Below are positions 23,362-31,298 of a DNA stretch of 32,000 bases, piece after piece. A program made the position numbers and the translations under genes. The stretch is from Candidatus Saccharimonadota bacterium (GTDB lineage: Bacteria > Patescibacteriota > Saccharimonadia > Saccharimonadales > UBA4665): assembly GCA_016699955.1 (NCBI GenBank), contig CP064993.1:960001-992000 (forward strand), read 5' to 3'. The notes under the pieces are model-generated. The model did not search any database. It was not told where the DNA came from and was given only the letters and a program-made list of their open reading frames with translations. Each line of letters begins with the position of its first letter. Within the stretch, counting starts at the first letter, position 1.

Positions 23362-23607
23362 TTTGCTCTTCCTCTTTATCTGCTAAATCTGCTACCAGTA
23401 TACATAGTCCTGCCCCAGAATAAAATAAGAAGCGTTCATTTTAAGCGCTTCCTATCGATAGTCATTGAATTTACCCTCTCGATCCACTGTTAGCGCCTAT
23501 AGGCGTTAGGCGAGCCTGAGCGAAGCCTACAGGGGCGCAGCTTTAGAGCTAAGGCGTTAATGCCTAAGTTTAGGTAACGAACGTGGGGACTAAGCTAAAG
23601 TAGAATA

Positions 23608-24075
23608 CTACTTGTCGTCTTTTTTCTTTGCTTGGCGCATGGTACGCGAGACAGCTTTGAAGCTACCCCCAGCTTTTTGGATTGCCTCTACCGCGTTGAC
23701 GCTTGCGGCCTGTAGTTCAACAACAACCTTTTTACTGACTTCACCACGGAAAAGCAGTTTCACCCGAACAAACTCACCACTGGTCAGCCCAGCATCCGCT
23801 AGGACTTTGTTGTTAACCGTCGTACCCAAATCATTGAGATCTTGCGTATAGATATTTTCGGCTTTGACGCGGTAACTGCGAAACCCACGTAATTTTGGTA
23901 AGCGCTGCATGAGTGGATTTTGGCCACCTTCAAACCCTGGTCGCTTGCTAAAGCCGGTGCGTGCACCTTGGCCTTTTGTACCACGACCAGCTGTTTTGCC
24001 TTGGCCTGCGGCAATACCGCGACCAACACGCTTTGGTGACTGCTTTGGAGCGGCTGTTAGCTCGTTATACTTCAT
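23608..24075 (-). CDS. rplO: 50S ribosomal protein L15
   Basis: 155 aa. RVGRGIAAGQGKTAGRGTKGQ. Confidence 0.95.
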   Translation of the reverse strand: MKYNELTAAPKQSPKRVGRGIAAGQGKTAGRGTKGQGARTGFSKRPGFEGGQNPLMQRLPKLRGFRSYRVKAENIYTQDLNDLGTTVNNKVLADAGLTSGEFVRVKLLFRGEVSKKVVVELQAASVNAVEAIQKAGGSFKAVSRTMRQAKKKDDK

Positions 24076-24821
24076 TATTTAGTCTCCTTCTTTTCCTTTG
24101 GAGCGGCTTTTTTGGTGGCTGTTGGTTTTTTAGCTGGAACAACTTTTTTCACTTCGGATTCCGTTTTAACTGGGGCAGGTTTTACCTCGACTACTTTTTT
24201 AGGCTGTTCTGTTGCCTTTTTGTGCTTTGTCGTAACCCAGTTTTTGCTTGGCTCAAGACACTGTAGTGCAGCAATAGTTGCGTAGGCTATATTGGTCTTG
24301 TTACTGGAACCAAGAGACTTACTGAGCACATTGCTCACACCGGCAACTTCCAGCACTGTTCGGACAACACCACCAGCAATCAAGCCAGTACCAGGCGCGG
24401 CTGGCATTACGAGTATGCGGGCGCCGGAAACTTTGCCCTCAACATCATGAGGAATGGTGCCCTTATAGAGCACGACCGGTACAAAGTGCTTTTTGGCAAC
24501 TTCCGTTGCTTTGGTAACAGCCGCAGTAACATCTGCGCCTTTTGCGCTGCCAATACCGACTTTGCCCTTACGGTCTCCCACCACAACGAGTGCGCGGAAA
24601 CGAAACCTTCGTCCACCTTTTACGACGCGTGCCACACGGTCAATGTGTACGACACGTTCGTCAAACTGCTTTTCTTCTGGAGCCTGAGGACCGCGATTAT
24701 CACGGCGAGGCGGACGATTGCCTCCCTGGCGCTGACCACCACGCTGAGGCCCACCGTAGCGATTCTGATTTTGGGCGGCTTGTTCTGTTGCCGCTTGTGC
24801 GGCTTGTGCTTCGTCGGCCAT
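24075..24821 (-). CDS. rpsE: 30S ribosomal protein S5 (N- and C-terminal extensions)
   Basis: 248 aa. S5 core DRVARVVKGGRRFRFRALVVVGD, plus Gly/Arg/Gln-rich N-terminal and Lys/Pro-rich C-terminal tails. The stop overlaps the rplO start, so there is no rpmD. Confidence 0.95.
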   Translation of the reverse strand: MADEAQAAQAATEQAAQNQNRYGGPQRGGQRQGGNRPPRRDNRGPQAPEEKQFDERVVHIDRVARVVKGGRRFRFRALVVVGDRKGKVGIGSAKGADVTAAVTKATEVAKKHFVPVVLYKGTIPHDVEGKVSGARILVMPAAPGTGLIAGGVVRTVLEVAGVSNVLSKSLGSSNKTNIAYATIAALQCLEPSKNWVTTKHKKATEQPKKVVEVKPAPVKTESEVKKVVPAKKPTATKKAAPKEKKETK

Positions 24822-24822
24822 A

Positions 24823-25179
24823 TTAGAACTCCAAACCTTTCTCCCGTGCCGCGTCGGCTAGGGCTTTGATACGACCATGATACTTCTTACCAGAGCGGTC
24901 GAAAACAACTGAGGATATTTTTACCTTTTTGGCGGCGGCGGCAATTTCTGCACCGACCCATACGGCTTTATCAGTCATGGTAGCCTTGGCGACAGTTTTA
25001 TTGCCTGCCGTTGTGACGGCTGCGATAGTATGTTGTTTGCTGTCGTCGACAAGTTGGGCACTAATGTTTGTATTGCTAATATAAACGCTCAGGCGAGGAC
25101 GTTCGCTTGTGCCGATCACTGTAGCGCGAATGCGATTTTTTCGCTGAGCGCGCTGGACTAATTTTTGTGCAACGCTCAT
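24823..25179 (-). CDS. rplR: 50S ribosomal protein L18
   Basis: 118 aa. [20 protein letters not shown]. Confidence 0.95.
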   Translation of the reverse strand: MSVAQKLVQRAQRKNRIRATVIGTSERPRLSVYISNTNISAQLVDDSKQHTIAAVTTAGNKTVAKATMTDKAVWVGAEIAAAAKKVKISSVVFDRSGKKYHGRIKALADAAREKGLEF

Positions 25180-25181
25180 GA

Positions 25182-25721
25182 TTATTTATCCTTTCCTGAC
25201 TTACCACTTTTACGCAGTATGCGTTCGTCGACATACTTAATGCCCTTGCCCTTGTACGGTTCTGGCTTCTTGAGTGCGCGTATTTCGGCGGCGACTTGGC
25301 CAACCTGCTGCTTGTCTATACCGCTAATGGTCATTTTATTCTGCTCTACGGCAACCTGCGTGCCTTGAGGTACCTTGTAGATAACATCGTGGCTAAACCC
25401 AATATTGAGCTTTAAGTCGGTTCCTTGCATGGCCACGCGGTAGCCAACACCATTTAGCTCTAGCTGTTTGCTAAAGCCTTGGCTGACACCTTGTACCATG
25501 TTGTTGATAAGAGCACGCATGAGGCCGTGGGCGGCACGGATTTTTGGCTCATCGTTCGCACGCGTCACAGTAAGGACGCCGTCCTCTACTTTGACAGTGA
25601 TAGCCTCAAGCTGAGGCGTTTCTAGGTTCCCTTTTGAGCCAGATACCTTAATGGCATCTGAGTCGACAGTGATTGTCACACCGCTGGGGATTTGGATGGG
25701 TAGTTTTCCTACTCGACTCAT
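25182..25721 (-). CDS. rplF: 50S ribosomal protein L6
   Basis: 179 aa. [15 protein letters not shown]. Confidence 0.95.
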   Translation of the reverse strand: MSRVGKLPIQIPSGVTITVDSDAIKVSGSKGNLETPQLEAITVKVEDGVLTVTRANDEPKIRAAHGLMRALINNMVQGVSQGFSKQLELNGVGYRVAMQGTDLKLNIGFSHDVIYKVPQGTQVAVEQNKMTISGIDKQQVGQVAAEIRALKKPEPYKGKGIKYVDERILRKSGKSGKDK

Positions 25722-25814
25722 TGTGATTTAGAGTTAAGAACTATTCAAGTGATGAGTTAAGAGTATTTAGTGCTCTTTTCTCGTTTCTCTTGTTCTTAGC
25801 TCTCCTTTCCTTGT

Positions 25815-26216
25815 TTAATAAACTTGACAGATTAATTCGCCGCCAAGCCCTACAGCTTTGGCTTCCTCACCGGTCATTAAGCCTTTTGAGGTCGAAATGA
25901 TGAGTATACCGCGGCCACGTTTGACGCGAGGCATTTCACGAGCGTTAGTGTAGGCACGTCGACCGGGCTTGCTCAGACGCTTGATCTCAGTGATGCGCGC
26001 GTTTTCACCGGCAAGGTTTATCGTGATGTGCAGCTGTTTGCCAACACTGAGGTCGGTAACGCTCACGTCTTGCAGAAAACCATTATTCTTTAAAGAAATG
26101 GCGACGTTTTCCTTTATTTTGCTGTGTGGCAGGCTAACTTCATTTTTGCCAACTGCTACTGCGTTTCGTACGCGTGTCAGCATGTCTGAAATTGGATCGG
26201 TTGTAGTGGTGCTCAT
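25815..26216 (-). CDS. rpsH: 30S ribosomal protein S8
   Basis: 133 aa. DPISDMLTRVRNA. Confidence 0.95.
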   Translation of the reverse strand: MSTTTTDPISDMLTRVRNAVAVGKNEVSLPHSKIKENVAISLKNNGFLQDVSVTDLSVGKQLHITINLAGENARITEIKRLSKPGRRAYTNAREMPRVKRGRGILIISTSKGLMTGEEAKAVGLGGELICQVY

Positions 26217-26299
26217 ACAGTGCCTCCTTTCTCATTTGGCAGAGAGCATTGGGTATATGACAGAGATGTAACAGGTTTCATTTGAAGCGAAGTACCCAT
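26213..26299 (-). CDS. candidate 28-codon spacer-filling micro-ORF ([28 protein letters not shown])
   Basis: Its ATG shares the A of the rpsN stop (TAATG, 26301-26297). The frame stays open across the whole 82-nt spacer. Its TGA overlaps the rpsH ATG (ATGA, 26216-26213). Confidence 0.35.
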   Translation of the reverse strand: MGTSLQMKPVTSLSYTQCSLPNEKGGTV

Positions 26300-26568
26300 T
26301 ACCAGCTCGCTTTCGTTACGCCAGGGATTTCACCCTTGCTGGCATGTTCACGGAAAGACAAACGGCTCAGGCCAAACTGGCGCATGAAGGCACGCGGCCT
26401 GCCGGTTTCTATACAACGGTTCTTTTTTCGGGTAGGTGAAGAGTTGCGTGGCAGCTTTGCCAAACCTTCGTAATCACCAAGTTCTTTCAGCTCTTTACGC
26501 TTTACAGCGTACTGCTCGATCATCTTAATGCGCTTTTTGTCGCGCGCTAGATTTGATTTTCTGGCCAT
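26299..26568 (-). CDS. rpsN: 30S ribosomal protein S14 (long, non-zinc form)
   Basis: 89 aa from [13 protein letters not shown], with SD AAAGGAAC. The track ORF adds 12 in-frame codons from an upstream ATG (26604), which I consider less likely. Confidence 0.9.
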   Translation of the reverse strand: MARKSNLARDKKRIKMIEQYAVKRKELKELGDYEGLAKLPRNSSPTRKKNRCIETGRPRAFMRQFGLSRLSFREHASKGEIPGVTKASW

Positions 26569-26674
26569 TATGCAGTTCCTTTCAGCCGCTGAGTCATGCA
26601 GCATGAGTCATAAATCTTGACAGTCACTTTGCGACCGGTAGCTAGTTCTTGTCTCTTGTTTCTTGCCTGTTGTC

Positions 26675-27277
26675 TCATTTTGAATTCTCCTTTTCAAACG
26701 GCATACCAAATTTCTGTAGTAGCGCTTTGCTATGGGCTTTATCTTTGCACTTCACCACAAAAACCGCTTGCATGCCGTGTGTCGTGGTTGTTTCTTCAAA
26801 AGTTAGTTCAGGGAAAACGCTTTGGTCAGTTAAGCCCAGGCTGAAGTTTCCTTGCTTGTCAAATGCCTTGTTGCTTACACCATGAAAGTCGCGCAGACGC
26901 GGCAACACAATGTTAATGAGCCTATCCATAAACTCGTACATCCGCTCGCCGCGAAGTGTCAGTTTGAGGCCAATCATATTGCCTTCGCGCAGTTTAAACC
27001 CAGCGATTGAGTTTTTTGCAACTGTTTCCACTGGTTCTTGTCCGGTGACTTTGCGAAGCGTATTCTTGGCAGCCTCAATTGTTTTTTTGTCATCCTTGGC
27101 TTTACCAAGTCCGACATTGACCACAATTTTTTCAAGTTTAGGAACTTGGTGAGAGTTCACTAGCCCAAGTTCTTTCTGAAGCTCGGCGGCAAATTTCGTG
27201 TTATAGTCATTTTTTAAACGTGCAACGTATTTTGCAGCAGTTTTTGCCGGTTTTTTCGTTATTGTTGCTTCTGCCAT
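26675..27277 (-). CDS. rplE: 50S ribosomal protein L5
   Basis: 200 aa. PKLEKIVVNVGLG and the L5 core. Confidence 0.95.
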   Translation of the reverse strand: MAEATITKKPAKTAAKYVARLKNDYNTKFAAELQKELGLVNSHQVPKLEKIVVNVGLGKAKDDKKTIEAAKNTLRKVTGQEPVETVAKNSIAGFKLREGNMIGLKLTLRGERMYEFMDRLINIVLPRLRDFHGVSNKAFDKQGNFSLGLTDQSVFPELTFEETTTTHGMQAVFVVKCKDKAHSKALLQKFGMPFEKENSK

Positions 27278-27681
27278 TACAGTACCTTCGCTTCTTTCTT
27301 GGCTTCAGTCTTTTTTGGCGCAGATTCACTCTTGATCTCATTGCCACTCGCTTTGTAAACGCGAGTCTTACTGCCATCTTTATCAAGCTTAAAGCCAATG
27401 CGGCTGGGTTTTTTGGTACTAGGATCAACCACCGAAACTTTACTAACCCAAATTGGTTTAGTTATTTCCAAAATACCGCCCTGAGGGTGAGCTTGGTTGG
27501 GTTTCTGGTGCTTTTTGACAATATTTATACCCTCAACGGTTACTTTATTTTCCGTAACATGTGTCGCCAATACTTTGCCTTGCTTGCCTTTATACTTTCC
27601 ACTTAAAACTTGCACAACATCGCCTTTTTTTAGACGAATTTTGAACCTTTTCACTGTAGATTTTTGACTTTTGACTTTCAT
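27277..27681 (-). CDS. rplX: 50S ribosomal protein L24 (with C-terminal tail)
   Basis: 134 aa. KOW motif [20 protein letters not shown]. Confidence 0.95.
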   Translation of the reverse strand: MKVKSQKSTVKRFKIRLKKGDVVQVLSGKYKGKQGKVLATHVTENKVTVEGINIVKKHQKPNQAHPQGGILEITKPIWVSKVSVVDPSTKKPSRIGFKLDKDGSKTRVYKASGNEIKSESAPKKTEAKKEAKVL

Positions 27682-28050
27682 TTATAGTACCTCCGGCGCA
27701 AGGCTAATAATCTTGGCATATCCCATGTCGCGCAGCTCTCTTGGCACTGGACCAAAGATTCGCGTCCCTTTAGGGTTTTTGTCATCCCCAATAATAACTG
27801 CGGCATTGTCGTCGAATTTGATTGTGCTACCGTCTTTGCGCTTTAGCTCTTTCTTAGTACGGACAACAACGGCTCGCACAACTGTTTTCCTCTTAACGGT
27901 TCCGGTCGGACTGGCTTGTTTAACGGTTGCGGTGATAACATCGCCAACTTTTGCGTAACGTCGTCTCGTTCCGCCAAGGACTCGGATGCAAAGAATTTCT
28001 TTTGCTCCGCTATTGTCACAAACGACCAGCCTTGTTTCTTGTTGAACCAT
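27682..28050 (-). CDS. rplN: 50S ribosomal protein L14
   Basis: 122 aa. [18 protein letters not shown]. Confidence 0.95.
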   Translation of the reverse strand: MVQQETRLVVCDNSGAKEILCIRVLGGTRRRYAKVGDVITATVKQASPTGTVKRKTVVRAVVVRTKKELKRKDGSTIKFDDNAAVIIGDDKNPKGTRIFGPVPRELRDMGYAKIISLAPEVL

Positions 28051-28052
28051 GG

Positions 28053-28370
28053 CTATTTTTCCTCGCCTTTCACACTTGCAGGCTTGTCAGTCACGCCAGG
28101 TACTTGAACGGCAGTTTCGATGTGCTTGACTTCAGCCTTTTCGACAATTGACTGCAAGGTAAAATGTTTGCGACGGCTAATTGGTCGTGTCTCGACCACT
28201 ACAACCGTATCTCCCACTTGTGCTTCGTTGTTTTCATCGTGTGCCATAAATTTCTTGCTTGTTGTGTACTGCTTCCGGTACAAGGGGTGAGTTTTTTTCT
28301 CACGTACCGTAATAACGATTGTTTTGTCGGTTTTGTTGCTGGAGACAACACCGGTAATTGACTTTGGCAT
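28053..28370 (-). CDS. rpsQ: 30S ribosomal protein S17
   Basis: 105 aa. [17 protein letters not shown]...[11 protein letters not shown]. Confidence 0.95.
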   Translation of the reverse strand: MPKSITGVVSSNKTDKTIVITVREKKTHPLYRKQYTTSKKFMAHDENNEAQVGDTVVVVETRPISRRKHFTLQSIVEKAEVKHIETAVQVPGVTDKPASVKGEEK

Positions 28371-28471
28371 TATTTGCTACCTCCGGCTTTTGTAGTAGGT
28401 ACTACGTAGTAATTAGTAAGGGATTTTGGAAGCCCAACCATGCTACATGCTACCTGTTGCATGCTAATCAT
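28370..28471 (-). CDS. candidate 33-codon spacer-filling micro-ORF (MISMQQVACSMVGLPKSLTNYYVVPTTKAGGSK)
   Basis: Its ATG directly abuts the rpmC TAA (TAAATG), with AAGGAGG 8 nt upstream. The frame fills the 101-nt spacer. Its TAA shares an A with the rpsQ ATG (TAATG). Confidence 0.4.
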   Translation of the reverse strand: MISMQQVACSMVGLPKSLTNYYVVPTTKAGGSK

Positions 28472-28672
28472 TTACTTGGCCTCCTTCACTAGGTTATCGC
28501 TTAAAACTGTCAGCATACGGGCTAGGTCTTTACGCTTATTGCGTACGGCTCGAACATTTTGGTTGTCACCCATGTATATGTGGCGGCGAAGTTCGGCTAT
28601 TTCTTCCTTCAGCTTAGTAGTCTCTTTGGTTAGCTCAGCGGTGCTTAGCTTGCGAATATCGGCAATTGTCAT
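28472..28672 (-). CDS. rpmC: 50S ribosomal protein L29
   Basis: 66 aa from the ATG at 28672 (MTIADIRKLSTAEL...), 1 nt after the rplP stop, with AAGGAGGG upstream. The track ORF starts 3 codons earlier at a GTG. Confidence 0.9.
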   Translation of the reverse strand: MTIADIRKLSTAELTKETTKLKEEIAELRRHIYMGDNQNVRAVRNKRKDLARMLTVLSDNLVKEAK

Positions 28673-28673
28673 T

Positions 28674-29087
28674 TTATGCACCCTCCTTCACAACAAATTT
28701 TGTCTTAACCGGCAATTTATGGGCGGCCAGTCGCATTGCTTCGCGGGCAATTTCCTCAGTTACACCCTGCATTTCAAACATAATCGTACCCGGTCGGACT
28801 TTGGCCACAAAAAACTCTGGAGAGCCTTTGCCGCTACCCATTTTGACGTCCAGTGGTTTGCGAGTCACTGGTGTGTGTGGGAAAATACGAATCCAAATTT
28901 TACCACCGCGTTTAATATAACGGGTCATAGCCTGGCGGCTGGCTTCAATTTGGCGACTTGTAATACGTTCGTGGCCTTGTGCCTGAAGCGCGTATTCGCC
29001 GTAGGCAATATAGTTGCCGGCAGTTGCGACACCACGAATCTTACCTTTGCGGACTTTGCGGAACTTGGTTCGTTTTGGGAGCAGCAT
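28674..29087 (-). CDS. rplP: 50S ribosomal protein L16
   Basis: 137 aa. [15 protein letters not shown]. Confidence 0.95.
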   Translation of the reverse strand: MLLPKRTKFRKVRKGKIRGVATAGNYIAYGEYALQAQGHERITSRQIEASRQAMTRYIKRGGKIWIRIFPHTPVTRKPLDVKMGSGKGSPEFFVAKVRPGTIMFEMQGVTEEIAREAMRLAAHKLPVKTKFVVKEGA

Positions 29088-29717
29088 TTATTTGTCCCCC
29101 TTGTAGACCCATACTTTTATGCCAATAATGCCGGCGCCCGGCCAGTTGGCACGAGCTGAGGCATAATCAATATCGGCTCGGATCGTGTGCAGTGGCACAG
29201 AACCAACCGCTTCTTTTTCGCGCCGTGACATTTCGGCACCGTTCAGACGGCCTGCCACCTCGATACGAATACCCTTGGCTCCAGCGCGCATAGTTGCCGC
29301 GCTAGCACTTTTAATGGCTCGTCGAAAGCTCATGCGCCGCTCAAGCTGGTGAGCAATGTTTTCGGCTACAAGTTTGGCATACAGGTCAGGCTTCTTGACT
29401 TCTTCAATATTTACGCGGGACGGAACGCCGTACACTTTTTCTAGGGCAGCTTTGAGCTCTTGGGCTCCCTGACCGCCGCGGCCGATAACAACACCCGCTT
29501 TAGCGGTGGCGATTGTTACGGTTACTAGGTTGGGTGAACGCTCAATATCTACTTTGTTGATAGCGCCGCGTGAGCCAAATTTGTCTTGGATAAGCTTGCG
29601 CACCTTCAGGTCCATGGCTAGATAGTTGGCATACTCACGCTTGCCAACAAACCACTTGCTGCGCCAATCCTTATTGGCTTGCAGGCGCATGCTAATGGGG
29701 TTTACTTTTTGTCCCAT
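29088..29717 (-). CDS. rpsC: 30S ribosomal protein S3
   Basis: 209 aa. MGQKVNPISMRL, with a KH domain. Confidence 0.95.
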   Translation of the reverse strand: MGQKVNPISMRLQANKDWRSKWFVGKREYANYLAMDLKVRKLIQDKFGSRGAINKVDIERSPNLVTVTIATAKAGVVIGRGGQGAQELKAALEKVYGVPSRVNIEEVKKPDLYAKLVAENIAHQLERRMSFRRAIKSASAATMRAGAKGIRIEVAGRLNGAEMSRREKEAVGSVPLHTIRADIDYASARANWPGAGIIGIKVWVYKGDK

Positions 29718-30124
29718 TATTTTGCTCCTTTCACTTCATTTGGCTTGTTTTCTACTGTCGGCTTTACTTCATTTGACTTCTTGGCTGGACGTTGTTCGCC
29801 CTCAACAAGTACACGAATGTGGCTACTGCGTTTCATGTATGGTAGCGCCCGACCCATGGCAGCTGGTCGAAAACGTTTCATACGTGCACCATGATTGACT
29901 GTGATTTCGGAGATAACGAGCGTGTCTGCTTTGTAATTATGGTTGTGGCTGGCATTTGCCTGTGCGCTCTTAATTGTCTTGAGGACTGAGAGAGCCGCGC
30001 GGCGAGGCGTGTGCTCAAGTATGACAATGGCATCGGCAACGCTTCGGCCTCGGACAAGCGCAGCAACTGCTGCAACTTTGCGTGGGCTCAGGCGGACGCC
30101 TTTTGATTCTGCTTTAACGGCCAT
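29717..30124 (-). CDS. rplV: 50S ribosomal protein L22
   Basis: 135 aa. VRLSPRKVAAVAALVRGRSV. Confidence 0.95.
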   Translation of the reverse strand: MAVKAESKGVRLSPRKVAAVAALVRGRSVADAIVILEHTPRRAALSVLKTIKSAQANASHNHNYKADTLVISEITVNHGARMKRFRPAAMGRALPYMKRSSHIRVLVEGEQRPAKKSNEVKPTVENKPNEVKGAK

Positions 30125-30127
30125 GGC

Positions 30128-30400
30128 TTATTTCCCCTTCGCTAACTTACCGCCGTGGTTGCGGAACTTACGAGTGGGGCTGAACTCGCCCAGCTTGTGG
30201 CCGACCATGTTTTCGGTAACGAAAACCGGTACATGAACTTTGCCGTTGTGCACCGCAAAAGTTTTGCCCACAAAATCTGGCGCAATTGTGCAAGCACGAG
30301 CCCATGTTTTGATAATTGTGCGATCCTCGGGGCCAAGCGCAGCGACTTTTTTCGCCAGCTTCGGATCAATAAACGGCCCTTTCTTAAGTGAACGACTCAT
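30128..30400 (-). CDS. rpsS: 30S ribosomal protein S19
   Basis: 90 aa. [12 protein letters not shown]...HNGK. Confidence 0.95.
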   Translation of the reverse strand: MSRSLKKGPFIDPKLAKKVAALGPEDRTIIKTWARACTIAPDFVGKTFAVHNGKVHVPVFVTENMVGHKLGEFSPTRKFRNHGGKLAKGK

Positions 30401-30465
30401 TAATTAACTCCTCTTGCTGCTATTATTCCGCCTATGGCACCCCATACAATTCCTGTTGCCATCAT
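30400..30465 (-). CDS. candidate 21-codon spacer-filling hydrophobic micro-ORF ([21 protein letters not shown])
   Basis: Its ATG is 2 nt after the rplB TAA, with AGAGGAAA upstream. The frame fills the 67-nt spacer. Its TAA shares an A with the rpsS ATG (TAATG). Confidence 0.4.
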   Translation of the reverse strand: MMATGIVWGAIGGIIAARGVN

Positions 30466-30467
30466 AA

Positions 30468-31298
30468 TTATTTCCTCTTGGCCGCGTGGCGGCTTCTTAT
30501 GATCATGTTACTAGTACTCTTGCGGCGACGGGTCTTTAAACCAAGTGTCTTTTGACCCCATGGAGTGCGAGGGGCTTTAGCCATGCGGTGACGACCACCA
30601 TCACCACCACCGTGTGGGTGATCGACTGCATTCATAACAACTCCACGCACACTTGGGCGCTTGCCTAAGTGACGATTGCGACCAGCCTTACCGATTTTGA
30701 CGTTTTGGTGCTGTTCATTACCAACAACACCTATAGAGGCTGTGCAGGTCAGTAGGAACCTGCGAACTTCGCCGCTCGGCATACGCACCTGAGCGTATTC
30801 GCCTTCCTTGGCCATAAGCATAGCGCTGTTTCCGGCGCTGCGCACAGCTTGAGCGCCGCGGCCAGGCTTGAGTTCAAGTGCATGAATGGTTGTGCCAACT
30901 GGGATGTTTGCAAGTGGCAGACGGTTTCCCATTTCAATAGCAGCTTCTTCGTGGCCACTTACTTTTTGGCCTTGTTTCATGCCACTCACCGCAAGCACAT
31001 AATGATAAGAGCCGGCAGCGTCTTTGACGCGGGCAATTCGGGCACTGCGGTTTGGATCGTACTCAATGTGTTCAACTGTTCCTTCGCCTTGGAAATTGTA
31101 GTTCATCACACGGTAGTGCCTACGCGCACCACCACCCTGATGACGGGTGGTAATACGACCTTGGTTGTTTCGACCGCTGCCGCGCTTAACACTTTTGACG
31201 AGCGATCTGACAGGCTTCTTTGTTGTCACGCCAGAAAAATCTTGGCTGGACATACCGCGCCGACCTGGCGTCGTAGGGTTGTATTGCTTAATAGCCAT
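30468..31298 (-). CDS. rplB: 50S ribosomal protein L2
   Basis: 276 aa. GRNNQGRITTRHQGGG and MNAVDHPHGGG. Confidence 0.95.
   Translation of the reverse strand: MAIKQYNPTTPGRRGMSSQDFSGVTTKKPVRSLVKSVKRGSGRNNQGRITTRHQGGGARRHYRVMNYNFQGEGTVEHIEYDPNRSARIARVKDAAGSYHYVLAVSGMKQGQKVSGHEEAAIEMGNRLPLANIPVGTTIHALELKPGRGAQAVRSAGNSAMLMAKEGEYAQVRMPSGEVRRFLLTCTASIGVVGNEQHQNVKIGKAGRNRHLGKRPSVRGVVMNAVDHPHGGGDGGRHRMAKAPRTPWGQKTLGLKTRRRKSTSNMIIRSRHAAKRK

Noticed and set aside
26569-26604. 12-codon N-terminal extension of rpsN proposed by the ORF track
   Set aside because: The S14 family N-terminus matches [13 protein letters not shown], starting at 26568 with AAAGGAAC as its SD. The upstream ATG lies in a hairpin and mini-ORF region. 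It is kept only as an alternative.
28440-29159. 239-aa plus-strand ORF, and similar long plus-strand ORFs at 30849-31469, 24447-24869, 21519-21875, 27220-27606 and 23961-24266
   Set aside because: All are antisense shadows of unmistakable ribosomal-protein, secY or infA genes on the minus strand. They have low-complexity Leu/Ser/Phe-rich translations and no SD or promoter context.
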